Shown here: in pieces, positions 10,380 through 20,112 of the stretch
Layout: every line of letters starts with the position of its first letter
Numbering within the stretch: the first letter of the stretch is position 1
Assembly (NCBI GenBank): GCA_963778655.1
Contig: CAVZVA010000005.1
Span: forward strand, 64,001-128,000
Length of the DNA: 64,000 nucleotides
Direction of reading: 5' to 3'
From: an uncultured delta proteobacterium
GTDB lineage: Bacteria > Myxococcota_A > Polyangia > Polyangiales > JAFGIB01
Notes under the pieces: generated by a model
The model's input: the letters and a program-made list of their open reading frames with translations, nothing else
Database searches by the model: none
What the model was told of the DNA's origin: nothing
Translations under genes and position numbers: made by a program

Positions 10380-13300
10380 TTGAGCGCAGTGCAACCCATT
10401 CGGCGCCTGGCCGTCGTCAACCGCGGCGAAGCGGCGATGCGCTGCATCCGCACGGTGAAAGCGCTGCGTGTGGTCGAGCGCAGCGACATGCAGGTGGTCG
10501 CGCTGTACACGGACGTCGACCGCGGGGCGCCCTACGTGCGCCATGCCGATCTGGCGGTGAAGCTGGCGCCGCGCGCCACGCCCGTGGCCAGCTACCTCGA
10601 TCACGCGCTGCTGCTGCAGACGCTGGAGCAGGTGCAGGCCGACGCGGTCTGGCCCGGCTGGGGCTTCGTGGCGGAATCGGCCGAGTTCGTGGACGCGCTG
10701 CAGCGCGCGGGCATCCGCTTTCTGGGCCCCTCCGGCGACACCATGCGTCGCCTCGGCGACAAGATCGCGAGCAAGCAGTTGGCCGAGCGCTTCGGCATCC
10801 CGGTCACCGCGTGGAGCGGTGGCGCGCTGGCCAGCGCCGAGGAGGCCGTGCGCTGCGCCGAGCAGCTCGGCTTGCCGCTGGTGCTCAAGGCGTCGGCCGG
10901 CGGCGGCGGCCGCGGCATTCGCGTGATCGAGGAGCTCGCGCGGCTGCCCGCGCAGTTCCAGTCGGCTGGCTCCGAGGCGCTCGGTGCGTTCGGCGACCGC
11001 CGGCTCTTCCTCGAGAAGATGGTGCGCGGGGGTCGCCACATCGAGGTGCAGATCGTGGCCGATCAGCACGGCTTCGTGCGCGCGCTCGGCTGCCGCGACT
11101 GTTCGGTGCAACGCCGCCACCAGAAGGTGATCGAGGAGGCGCCGCCGCAAGGGCTGCCCGAGGCGCTGCTGTCGGAGATGAAGCAGGCGGCCGAGCGCCT
11201 GGCGCGCGAGGTGAGCTACGCCGGCGTCGGCACGGTCGAGTTCCTGGTGGAAGAGGGCAGCGCTTTCTACTTCATGGAGATGAACCCGCGCCTGCAAGTC
11301 GAGCACGGAATCACCGAGGAGATCACCGGCCTCGATCTGGTGGAGCTGCAGATCCGGGTGGCGCGCGGCGAGCGCCTGGAGGGCTTGACGCTGCAGGAGT
11401 CGGGCTGCTGCATCGAGGCGCGCGTCTGCGCCGAGGACCCGGACGCGGGCTTCCTGCCGGCGCCCGGTCGCATCGCGCGCTTCGATCCCGCACTGGGGCC
11501 CTACCTGCGGGTGGACACCGGGGTCGCCTTCGGCAGCACGGTTCCGCCCGCGTTCGATTCGCTGATCGCCAAGCTGATGGCGCGCGGCACGACGCGCGAG
11601 CAGGCGCGCGCCCGGCTGTGCGCAGCGCTGCGCGACTTCGATCTGGTGATCGAAGGCGGCGCGAGCAACAAGGGTTACCTGCTCGAGGTGCTCGAGAGCG
11701 AAGACTACAGGCGCGCCGGCGTGGATACGCTGTGGCTCGACCGCTGGAACGCGGCGCGCAAGGGACCGCCCGCGCACGCGGCCGAAGCGCTGGTGCTGGC
11801 CGCGATCCTCGCCTATCGTGTCAACTGGCAGGCCGAGCGCCGCAACTTCTTCTCCGACACCAGCACCATCACCCCCGACAAGGTGCCGGCGGTTGCCGGC
11901 CGTGAGCTCGACCTCGAGTACCGCGGCGAATCGTACCGCGTGCAGGTGTTCTCGGTCGGCTCCTGGCGCTACCGCGTGCACCTGGACGACCGCGTGATCA
12001 GCGCGCGCTTCGGCGAGGTGGGGTTGCACACCGCGCGGGTGGTGATCTGCGGCCGCTACCACCGCGCGACCTACGACGTCACCGATGCGGCGATCCGTAT
12101 CGAGCTCGAGGGCTGCGTGCACCGCTTCGGCCTGCAGACCGCCGGTCAGGTGCGCGCGGGCGCGCCGTCGATGGTGGTGTCGATCGAAGTGACGCCGGGC
12201 CAGCGCGTCGCGGCCGGGCAGCACCTGGGGCTGCTCGAGGCGATGAAGATGGAGATCGGCTTCTCGGCGCCCGTCGCGGGCGTCGTGACCGACGTGCGCG
12301 CGGCGCGCGGCCAGCAGGTCGCCGCCGGCGATCTGCTGCTGGTCATCGATCCCTCGCGCGACGACAGCCATGCGGGCGGCGGCGAGCGCCTGCGCTTGGC
12401 GCAGGAGGACGATCCGCTGTGGCCGCTGTTCAGCCGCGCCCAGGACGGGGAGCTTGCCGCGCCCGACCTGCTGGCGGCCGAGCGCGCGCCGGCCCAGCAG
12501 CGCGAGATCGCGCTCACGGCCGTCAGCGCAGAGGTCGAGCGCACGATGCTGGGCTGGGACGTGTATCAGCCGCGTTTCGAGAAGCTCCTGGAGCTCCTCG
12601 ATGCGCCGCTGCCGGAGGGGCTCTCGCTCGAGCTGCGCAACGGGCTGTGCAACGTCCGCAACGGGTTGCTCGCGTTCGCCGACGTGGACCAGCTGTTCTC
12701 CCACGTGCGGCGCGTCGAGGAGGGTGGCACGCTCGGCCCCTCCAACAACGCGCGCCTGCGCGTGTACCTGCGGCGCATGCACAGCAAGGGCGCAGGCATC
12801 GCGCAGGACTTTCTGGACATGCTGGGCGCGGCGCTGCGCCACTACGATATCGGGTCGCTCGACTACTCGGAGGACGTCGAGCGCGCGCTGTTGCGCATGT
12901 TCGCTTCGCAGCGAGATCCGACGCACCGTCGGCGGTTGTTGATGGCGGTGCTGCGCCGGCTGATCGCGCTGGTGAGCTCGGGCATCTCGCTGGTCGACGA
13001 CCTGGAGCTGCGCGACGCGTTGGTGCGGATCGCGGCGATGCGCGGCGAGATCAGCAACGCCTTGGCCGACACGGCGCTGGAGGCTCACTACCGCGCCTAC
13101 CAGGGCGCCGACCTGGCGCGCCAGGCCGAGAGCACGACGCGCCATCTGGAGCGCTGGCTGGCGGACGCGGAGAGCGCGGGCCAGGCCCCTTCGCCGCCGG
13201 CGGAGGTGCTGGAGGATCTGGCGCTGGCGCCCGCGGCGGTGTTCGCGCGCGTCGAGGATTGGTTTCGGGCCGGCGACCGCTGGAAGCAGGTGGTCGCGCT

Positions 13301-15992
13301 CTCCGCCTACGTGCGCCGCCTGTACGCGCCGAGAAAGCCCGAGTCGCACCGCTCCGAGCTGGTCGACGGGCGCTGGATCGACCGCTCGCGCTACGGCGGC
13401 AAGCTGGTGCTCGGGGCGGTGTGCGGGCAAGACGGCCTGGCCGCCGCGCTGCGCGGCCTGGCCGGCGTCGCCACCGCACCCGACACGCTCGCGCTCGAGG
13501 TGGTCGCGGTGGTTGCCGACGAGGTGAGCGCCGGCGAGCTGGCCGAGCGCTTCGCCGTGCTGTTGCCCGCCGATGCGCCCGTGGCACGGGCGACGCTATC
13601 TCTGCTGTGGCCCGGCGGCAGCACGCACTACAGCTTTGCCCGTTCCGAAGGCGGCTTCGCGCTGATGGCGCTGCACGGGCTGCACCCGGAGACCGCGGCG
13701 CGCATCGATCTCGGTCGCTACGACAACTTCGAGCTCGAGCGGCTGTGGTCGCCCGAGGACATCTACTGCTTCTACGCCCGCGCGCGCCAGGATCCCGAGG
13801 ACGAGCGCCTGTTCGTGCTCGGCGACGTGCGCGCGCGTCCCGCTGCCCAAGGCCACGACGCCGAGCTGTTCACGCCGATCTTCGAGCGCGCCTTTCAAGA
13901 GGCGGCGCGAACGCTGCGGCTCAACCTCGGCATTCGCGACCCGCGCCGCCGGTTGCAGTGGAACCGGCTGGCGATGCACATGGCCCACCCAGTGGTCATC
14001 GACGCCGTGACCGCGCAGCGCATGGCGCGCCGCCTGCTGTCGAACATCCGCTATCTGGGCGTGGAAAAGACGATCGTGCGGCTCAAGCTGCTCAACGCCG
14101 AGCGGCCGCGCGAGGTGCCGCGCGAGGTCGAGGTGGTCGGCTCCGACCTGGCCTCGAGCCGGCTCGAGCTCGGCTGGCGGCGGCCGCGGCGCCAGCCGCT
14201 GGTGCCGGCCTCGCCCTACGAGCGCAAGGTGGCCGAGGCGCGCCGCCGCGGCCTGGTCTATCCTTACGTGCTGATCCGCATGCTCACCAGCGGCAACGAG
14301 GCGCGCGAGCGGGTCGCCGAGGAGGCCGAGCGGGACCGGCGGCCGGTGCTGCCGGTGGGCAGCTTCGAGGAATACGATCTCGACGCCGGCGCTAAATCGC
14401 CCACGGCGGTGAGCGTGGCGGGCCGTGCGCTCGGGCAGAACGCGAGCGCGATCGTGTTCGGCATCATGAGCACGCCGACCGCCAAGGTGCCCGAGGGCAT
14501 GCGGCGCGTGCTGGTGCTCTCCGATCCCACGCGCGGGATGGGCGCGCTGTCCGCGCCCGAGTGCGACCGCCTGGTGGCAGCGATCGACCTGGCGGAGAAG
14601 CTCTCGCTGCCGCTCGAATGGCTGCCGATCTCGAGCGGCGCGCGCATCGCGATGGATAGCGGCACCGAGAACATGGACGCGACCGCGCGCGTGGTGCGAC
14701 GCATCGTGACCTTCACCCAGGCCGGCGGGGTGATCCACCTGATCGTGGCCGGCATCAACATCGGCGCGCAGAGCTACTGGGACGCGCTGGCGACCATGCT
14801 GATGCACACCAAGGGCGTGCTGATCATGACGCCCGAGGCTTCGATGGTGCTTACCGGGAGCGCGGCGCTGGCGGCCGCCGGCTCGGTCAGCGCGGAGGAC
14901 GAGGTCACGATCGGCGGCCACGAGCGCGTGATGGGACCGAACGGACAGGCGCAGTACTTCGCGCCCGATTTGCTCAGCGCCTACCAGCTGCTCTACCGCC
15001 ACTATGCGTTTACCTACGTGGTGCCGGGCGAGCGCGCGCCGCGCAGGCGCGAGAGCAGCGATTCTGCGCAACGTGACGTGCGCGAATTCCCCTACGCCGC
15101 CAACCCGGCCTCCGGCTCCGGGCAGGACTTCGCGCGCGTGGGCGATGTGTTCGACGAGGAGAAGAACCCCGGCCGCAAGCGTCCCTTCTCGATGCGCGCG
15201 TTGATGCGTGCGGTGGTCGACGCGGACGGCGACTACCTGGAGCGCTGGGGCAGCCACGTGGGCGCAGAGACGGCGATCGTGTGGGACGCGCACCTCGGCG
15301 GCCATCCGATCTGCCTGCTCGGCATCGAGAGCCAGAACGTGCCGCGCGTCGGTTACCGCCCGTCGGACGGCCCGGAGGAGTGGAACGGCGGCACGCTGTT
15401 TCCGCAGTCGAGCAAGAAGCTGGCGCGCGCGCTCAACGCCGCCAGCGGCAATCGCCCCGCGGTGATCCTGGCGAACCTGTCCGGTTTCGACGGCTCGCCC
15501 GAATCGATGCGCAAGCTGCAGCTCGAGTACGGCGCCGAGATCGCGCGCGCGGTGGTGAGCTTCCAGGGCCCGATCCTGTTCCTGGTGGTCTCGCGCTATC
15601 ACGGCGGGGCCTACGTGGTGTTCTCGCGCGAGCTGAGCGCGAGCGTGCGCGCGCTGGCGCTCGAGGGCTCCTACGCCTCGGTGATCGGCGGCGGGCCCGC
15701 GGCCACGGTGGTTTTCGCGCGCGAGGTGCGTGCCCGAGTGGCGGCCGATCCGCGCATCCAGGCCCTGCGCGCGCGGTTGCAGGACGCGCCCGACGCCGAT
15801 CAGCGGGCCGCGTTCGACCGGCTGCGCCGTGACGTCACGATCGAGAAGCGCGGCGAGGTCGCGGCGGAGTTCGACTCGATCCACACCGTCGAGCGCGCGA
15901 TGCGGGTGGGCTCGCTCGAAGGGATCATCGCCGCGGCCGAGGTGCGCCCGCGGCTGATCGCGCTGCTCGACCAGCACGGCGAGCGGGGCTGA
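10380..15992 (+). CDS. Single-chain multidomain acyl-CoA carboxylase (biotin carboxylase-BCCP-central region-carboxyltransferase), 1870 aa
   Basis: NRGEAAMR, WPGWGF, GGGGRGIR, RDCSVQRRHQK, EMNPRLQVEH; biotin site EAMKM; C-terminal SSGARIAM, ANLSGFDGS, RYHGGAYVV. Confidence 0.93.
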   Translation: MSAVQPIRRLAVVNRGEAAMRCIRTVKALRVVERSDMQVVALYTDVDRGAPYVRHADLAVKLAPRATPVASYLDHALLLQTLEQVQADAVWPGWGFVAESAEFVDALQRAGIRFLGPSGDTMRRLGDKIASKQLAERFGIPVTAWSGGALASAEEAVRCAEQLGLPLVLKASAGGGGRGIRVIEELARLPAQFQSAGSEALGAFGDRRLFLEKMVRGGRHIEVQIVADQHGFVRALGCRDCSVQRRHQKVIEEAPPQGLPEALLSEMKQAAERLAREVSYAGVGTVEFLVEEGSAFYFMEMNPRLQVEHGITEEITGLDLVELQIRVARGERLEGLTLQESGCCIEARVCAEDPDAGFLPAPGRIARFDPALGPYLRVDTGVAFGSTVPPAFDSLIAKLMARGTTREQARARLCAALRDFDLVIEGGASNKGYLLEVLESEDYRRAGVDTLWLDRWNAARKGPPAHAAEALVLAAILAYRVNWQAERRNFFSDTSTITPDKVPAVAGRELDLEYRGESYRVQVFSVGSWRYRVHLDDRVISARFGEVGLHTARVVICGRYHRATYDVTDAAIRIELEGCVHRFGLQTAGQVRAGAPSMVVSIEVTPGQRVAAGQHLGLLEAMKMEIGFSAPVAGVVTDVRAARGQQVAAGDLLLVIDPSRDDSHAGGGERLRLAQEDDPLWPLFSRAQDGELAAPDLLAAERAPAQQREIALTAVSAEVERTMLGWDVYQPRFEKLLELLDAPLPEGLSLELRNGLCNVRNGLLAFADVDQLFSHVRRVEEGGTLGPSNNARLRVYLRRMHSKGAGIAQDFLDMLGAALRHYDIGSLDYSEDVERALLRMFASQRDPTHRRRLLMAVLRRLIALVSSGISLVDDLELRDALVRIAAMRGEISNALADTALEAHYRAYQGADLARQAESTTRHLERWLADAESAGQAPSPPAEVLEDLALAPAAVFARVEDWFRAGDRWKQVVALSAYVRRLYAPRKPESHRSELVDGRWIDRSRYGGKLVLGAVCGQDGLAAALRGLAGVATAPDTLALEVVAVVADEVSAGELAERFAVLLPADAPVARATLSLLWPGGSTHYSFARSEGGFALMALHGLHPETAARIDLGRYDNFELERLWSPEDIYCFYARARQDPEDERLFVLGDVRARPAAQGHDAELFTPIFERAFQEAARTLRLNLGIRDPRRRLQWNRLAMHMAHPVVIDAVTAQRMARRLLSNIRYLGVEKTIVRLKLLNAERPREVPREVEVVGSDLASSRLELGWRRPRRQPLVPASPYERKVAEARRRGLVYPYVLIRMLTSGNEARERVAEEAERDRRPVLPVGSFEEYDLDAGAKSPTAVSVAGRALGQNASAIVFGIMSTPTAKVPEGMRRVLVLSDPTRGMGALSAPECDRLVAAIDLAEKLSLPLEWLPISSGARIAMDSGTENMDATARVVRRIVTFTQAGGVIHLIVAGINIGAQSYWDALATMLMHTKGVLIMTPEASMVLTGSAALAAAGSVSAEDEVTIGGHERVMGPNGQAQYFAPDLLSAYQLLYRHYAFTYVVPGERAPRRRESSDSAQRDVREFPYAANPASGSGQDFARVGDVFDEEKNPGRKRPFSMRALMRAVVDADGDYLERWGSHVGAETAIVWDAHLGGHPICLLGIESQNVPRVGYRPSDGPEEWNGGTLFPQSSKKLARALNAASGNRPAVILANLSGFDGSPESMRKLQLEYGAEIARAVVSFQGPILFLVVSRYHGGAYVVFSRELSASVRALALEGSYASVIGGGPAATVVFAREVRARVAADPRIQALRARLQDAPDADQRAAFDRLRRDVTIEKRGEVAAEFDSIHTVERAMRVGSLEGIIAAAEVRPRLIALLDQHGERG

Positions 15993-16488
15993 GAGCCGTC
16001 AGGCCGATCGCGAGCTTGCCTGGGCCGCTGCGTGAGGCGGCGGGCGACTCCCCGCGCTGGGTCCCGAGGGCTCGAGCTTTTCGCCCCGAGAGCATCCCGG
16101 CTCTTCGGGCGCGAGCGCGAGCGAGACGGGGTCGAGCCAGGATCGCGCGCGCGCGATCAGCTAACCAGTTGGTGAACACAACCAATGCGCCGCGTCGACC
16201 TTTTGCGGCGGAAGGGCCCTACCCCAAGAATTGGCTAAGAAAATGCCAAGGATGGTTCAAGGACTTGAGGTCGCATCAGGTGGGAAAGTTCTGCACAGGT
16301 GGTGCGCTCTAGACTGGGCGGGAGGCTGTGCAAATGGCAGGTGTAGCGAACGCGCTGGTGCCCGATCTCTGCGAGATCGCCAGCGCCATCGCGACGCTGC
16401 GGGCTGTTTGCACGGCCGGCTCGGCCAGCCGGGTTCGGGGGGGTCCGGACCACGTCCGGGAGAGCTTCGGCCGTAGGGGCTTGGCGTA

Positions 16489-17682
16489 ATGATCCGCACA
16501 ATCGCAAGAAGGAGAAGTCCGACTATGCAGCGCGCGCCGACCCATGGTGACTGGTCCTTGCCGGTTCCCGTCTCGCCCCGAGAGATCGATCAACTGCTTC
16601 CGCTTGGGAGCATCGCGGCGCGCAGTCAGAAGCGACCGGAGCGTCGCGTGTCGATCCGCCTGGCCTGGCCCTTTGCGCGGCTGGTGGGTGGAGACGACGC
16701 GGAGATGCAGATCCTCGCCCGCGAGGGGATCGGCCTGGCCGAGGTCGCCGATCCGGAGGTGCGCCTGCGGCACGCCGCGGCGATGGAGCTGTTGCAGCAC
16801 GCGGTCGAGCGGACGGGCGATCCGGCGCTGGGCCTGCACGCGGCCGAGAGCCTGGAGGCCACGGATCTGGATGTGCTCGAGCACGTCACGCGCACCTGCG
16901 CCACGCTGCGCGATGCGATCGCCTGCTTCGCGCGCTTTTCGTATCTGCTGAACGAGTCGGCGGAAGTCTGCCTGGAAGAGGGCAGGGCGCTGGCTCGGGT
17001 GGCCTGGCTGGCCGCCGACGAGGTGGCGCAGGTGCCCGCGGCCAACGACTTCCTGGCAGCCGGCACGCTCGCGCTCTGGCGCCGCAACACCGGGGTGCAG
17101 GCGCTCGCGAGCGAGGTCCATCTTGCGCACGAGCAGGCGACCGACGCCGCGGAGTACGCGCGCGTGTTCGGGTGCAGGGTCCGGCTGCGCACGCCGCAGA
17201 CCGCGCTGGTACTGCCCAGGTCGGCGCTCGATCTGCCCATGCTGAGAGCCAACCGCGCGCTTCACGCAGCCTTCGAGCTGCACGCCGGTACGCTGCTCTC
17301 GCGTTTGCGCGAGGACGCCGGCTCGGCCGCGCGCGTGCGCGAAATCGTGCTGGGCCAGCTCTCGGGCGGCGACACCAGCATGGAGACGGTCGCGCGCAAG
17401 ATGGCGATGAGCGTGGCCACCCTGCGCAGGCGGCTCGAGGAGGAGGACACCAGCCATCGGCAGATCCTCGACGAGGCGCGCTATCAGCTGGCCGTGCGCT
17501 ATCTGTGCGACCGGCAGATGGCGACCAGCGAAGTCGCCTTCCTGCTGGGCTTCTCGCACGTCACCGCGCTTCACAAGGCGTTCAAGCGCTGGACCGGCGG
17601 CGTCACGCCGGCGGAGTTCCGCGCGCGCGAGCGCCTGCAGCGCGCCGCCGAGCGCCCCGCGGTGGCGGTGGGCGGCGAATAG
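16489..17682 (+). CDS. AraC family transcriptional regulator (OruR/Arabinose_bd_2 type); start uncertain, possibly 16525 or later
   Basis: TGDPALGL, YARVFGC, VARKMAMSVATLRRRL, VAFLLGFSHVTALHKAFKRWTG. Confidence 0.9.
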   Translation: MIRTIARRRSPTMQRAPTHGDWSLPVPVSPREIDQLLPLGSIAARSQKRPERRVSIRLAWPFARLVGGDDAEMQILAREGIGLAEVADPEVRLRHAAAMELLQHAVERTGDPALGLHAAESLEATDLDVLEHVTRTCATLRDAIACFARFSYLLNESAEVCLEEGRALARVAWLAADEVAQVPAANDFLAAGTLALWRRNTGVQALASEVHLAHEQATDAAEYARVFGCRVRLRTPQTALVLPRSALDLPMLRANRALHAAFELHAGTLLSRLREDAGSAARVREIVLGQLSGGDTSMETVARKMAMSVATLRRRLEEEDTSHRQILDEARYQLAVRYLCDRQMATSEVAFLLGFSHVTALHKAFKRWTGGVTPAEFRARERLQRAAERPAVAVGGE

Positions 17683-17724
17683 CCGCGCCTGATCGAGCTT
17701 GCGAACCGAGCTTATGGGCGGGAG

Positions 17725-19227
17725 CTACTGCAGCACCAGGGCCGCGCGCAGCACTGCCTGCTGATCGGGCGTGAGCACGGTGCCGCTGGTCCTGGCCCAG
17801 AACATCAGGTTGTCCGCGCCGAAGCCCTGGCAGTCCCCGACGTCGAGCCCGTCGCCGCCGGTGTCGCGCTCGCTGCGGCATTCGGGCGTGTCCGCGAGCG
17901 CATCGAGCACGCTGCCGTCGGCCTCGCTGGTGTGGAACAGGCCCAGGTAGTGCCCGATCTCGTGCGCCAGGGTGCGGCCCAGGCGCTCGGGGTCGCCCGC
18001 CATCATGTTGGTGGCGATGGCAATGCCGGAGCTGCCGGTGCCCTGCATGCCGAGCGGTCCTGGAATGCCGCCGGCCTCGGCTTCGGGCTCGCCGTCGTCG
18101 GGCCGGGGATCGATGTCCTTCAGGAAGAACAGATTGATCGCGGCGTTGCCGGCGCCCGCCGAGAGCCGGAACAGGCCCGGGAGCTCCATGTACACGCCCC
18201 GGCGGATGTGCAGCACGGCGAAGCCCTGTGCCTGGTCACCTTCGGGAAACACCGTGCCGCGCAGGGGCAGCGCGCCCGGAACGGCGATCTGGCGCAGGTC
18301 GCCGATGAAGATGTCCGCCTGCCCGAGGATTCGATCGACCAGGTCGAGCGCGTCGGCCAGCAGCGGCGGCCCGCGGTCGCCCTGGGGCTGCCAGTCCAGC
18401 GCGCCCATGTAGAACACGTTGAGGTCCAGGCGCTGGCCCGTATCGCTGCGCGAGAGCCGTGTCACGCGCAGGTCGCCGGCCTGCTCCGCGTCGACCTCGG
18501 CCACGTATCCGGCCGGTGAGAGCGCGTCGCGCGCGCCCGAGGGCAGCATGATCACGGCCGGGTCGAGGTGTTCTCCGGTCGCCACTGGATTGAGCGGCGG
18601 CGGCGCCTGCGTGTAGTCGGCGTCCGCGCTCCACAGCTCCACCGGCGTCGCATCGCGCGTTCGCAGCGCGTGCAGGCACAGCGGCGGGCGGCACACCACG
18701 CCCGGCCACTCGCCCTGCAGCGCCTGCAGCACGTATAGGGTGGCGCCTTGCTGCTCGGCCGGATCGAGCTCGATCTGCGCGCTGCCGTTGCGCAGCGCCC
18801 GCGTGCGCAGCTCGCTCTGCGCGCTGCCGTCCAGGGGGAGATCGGCGCGCGCCACGCACGCGTCGAGCTTCTGCAGGGCGTCGGGCCCGCGGCGCGCGAA
18901 CACCGCCTGGCAGCGCTCGTCTTTGGCACAGTCGTCGTCCCGCGTGCAGGGGACGGCGCAGCCCCCCGCGAGCAAGCAAACGCCGCGCGCGCAGTCCGAT
19001 GCCTGCTCGCAGGCCGCTCCCTGTCCGCTGCCGGGGCCCGGGTCATCGCACGCGAGCGCCAGCGGCGCGAGATCCTCGGGCTTGGCTTCGGGGCTGGCGA
19101 CGCAACGCAGCCCGCCGCAATCGCGATCGGCCTCGCACGCGGCGCCGCGCGGCTCGTGCCCCGGCGTCGCGCAGCCACTCCAGGCGAGCGCGCACCCCAG
19201 CAGGAAGACCGCCACCGCCCGAGCCAT
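17725..19227 (-). CDS. Lipoprotein with Cys-rich N-terminus and metzincin (M43-like) zinc metallopeptidase domain
   Basis: Lipobox WSGC; HEIGHYLGLFH zinc motif; Met-turn NLMF. Confidence 0.8.
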   Translation of the reverse strand: MARAVAVFLLGCALAWSGCATPGHEPRGAACEADRDCGGLRCVASPEAKPEDLAPLALACDDPGPGSGQGAACEQASDCARGVCLLAGGCAVPCTRDDDCAKDERCQAVFARRGPDALQKLDACVARADLPLDGSAQSELRTRALRNGSAQIELDPAEQQGATLYVLQALQGEWPGVVCRPPLCLHALRTRDATPVELWSADADYTQAPPPLNPVATGEHLDPAVIMLPSGARDALSPAGYVAEVDAEQAGDLRVTRLSRSDTGQRLDLNVFYMGALDWQPQGDRGPPLLADALDLVDRILGQADIFIGDLRQIAVPGALPLRGTVFPEGDQAQGFAVLHIRRGVYMELPGLFRLSAGAGNAAINLFFLKDIDPRPDDGEPEAEAGGIPGPLGMQGTGSSGIAIATNMMAGDPERLGRTLAHEIGHYLGLFHTSEADGSVLDALADTPECRSERDTGGDGLDVGDCQGFGADNLMFWARTSGTVLTPDQQAVLRAALVLQ

Positions 19228-19389
19228 CCACGCGTATCATAGCGCAGCGCTCCGGGCCCTGCCGGATCGCTGGCGTCGAGCCCACCGTTCGGTCGAAACC
19301 AGGCTCACGGCAAGCCGGAAAGCAACCGCAGCCCCTTCCCACCTTGCCGTCTTGCTGTTGCATCCAGCCGCGGCCCGCCCCCCGCGGCC

Positions 19390-20058
19390 TCAGCCCACGT
19401 GCTCGGCGAACAGCTGCAACGTGCGCTCGCGGGCCAGCTTGGCGGACTCGGCGTGATAGCTGCCGCGCTTGTCGCAGTTGAAGCCGTGACCCGCTGGGTA
19501 GACGTAGATCGGCAGCTCCGGATGCGCCTCGCGGATCTTGTCGATCTCGCTCATGGGAATGCTCGGGTCCTGCTCGCCGAAGTGCAGGATGGTCGGGGCC
19601 TCGGGCGTGGCGTCCTTCTGGCCGGCAATCCGTCCGCCGTAGTAGCAGGACGCCGCGGCCACGCGCTCCAGCCTGCACACCGCGGCCCAGGCCATGGTGC
19701 CGCCGTAGCAGTAGCCGACCACGCCGACCTTGCCGCTCTTGGCCAGCTCGTCGATGCCGGCCTGCAGGTCGCGCAGCGCGTCGCCGGGCTTGAGCTTGGT
19801 GACCAAACCGACGGCCGTGCGCATGGCCTCGCCGTCGTAACCGGTCTCCACCCCGCGCTCGATGCGATCGAAGAGCGCCGGCGCGAGCGCGAGATAGCCC
19901 TGCGCGGCGTAGTCGTCGCACACCGCGCGGATGTGCTCGTTGACGCCGAAGATCTCCTGGATGACGAGCACGCCGCCGCGCGGCTTGCCCTCCGGCTCGG
20001 CACGGTAGGCCGACAACTGGTGTCCGTCGCTCGTGGTCAGCGTGATGGTCGTGCCCAT
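19390..20058 (-). CDS. Dienelactone hydrolase family protein
   Basis: QEIFGVN, GYCYGG nucleophile motif, HFGEQD, GHGF. Confidence 0.93.
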   Translation of the reverse strand: MGTTITLTTSDGHQLSAYRAEPEGKPRGGVLVIQEIFGVNEHIRAVCDDYAAQGYLALAPALFDRIERGVETGYDGEAMRTAVGLVTKLKPGDALRDLQAGIDELAKSGKVGVVGYCYGGTMAWAAVCRLERVAAASCYYGGRIAGQKDATPEAPTILHFGEQDPSIPMSEIDKIREAHPELPIYVYPAGHGFNCDKRGSYHAESAKLARERTLQLFAEHVG

Positions 20059-20112
20059 GGGTTTGAGCCCTACTCAAATTCGGCGCGCGCTGCAAGTGAC
20101 TCGCCGCGCAGC

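Noticed and set aside
10365..13430. Long antisense ORFs (this one, 13596-15977, 22531-25335, 42818-44689, 59067-61091 and others)
   Set aside because: Shadow frames of well-supported genes, expected at this GC content; Arg/Ala/Gly-rich with no motifs.
16141..16158. Perfect palindrome GATCGCGCGCGCGCGATC
   Set aside because: Mostly a CG run; such runs are frequent throughout this GC-rich window.
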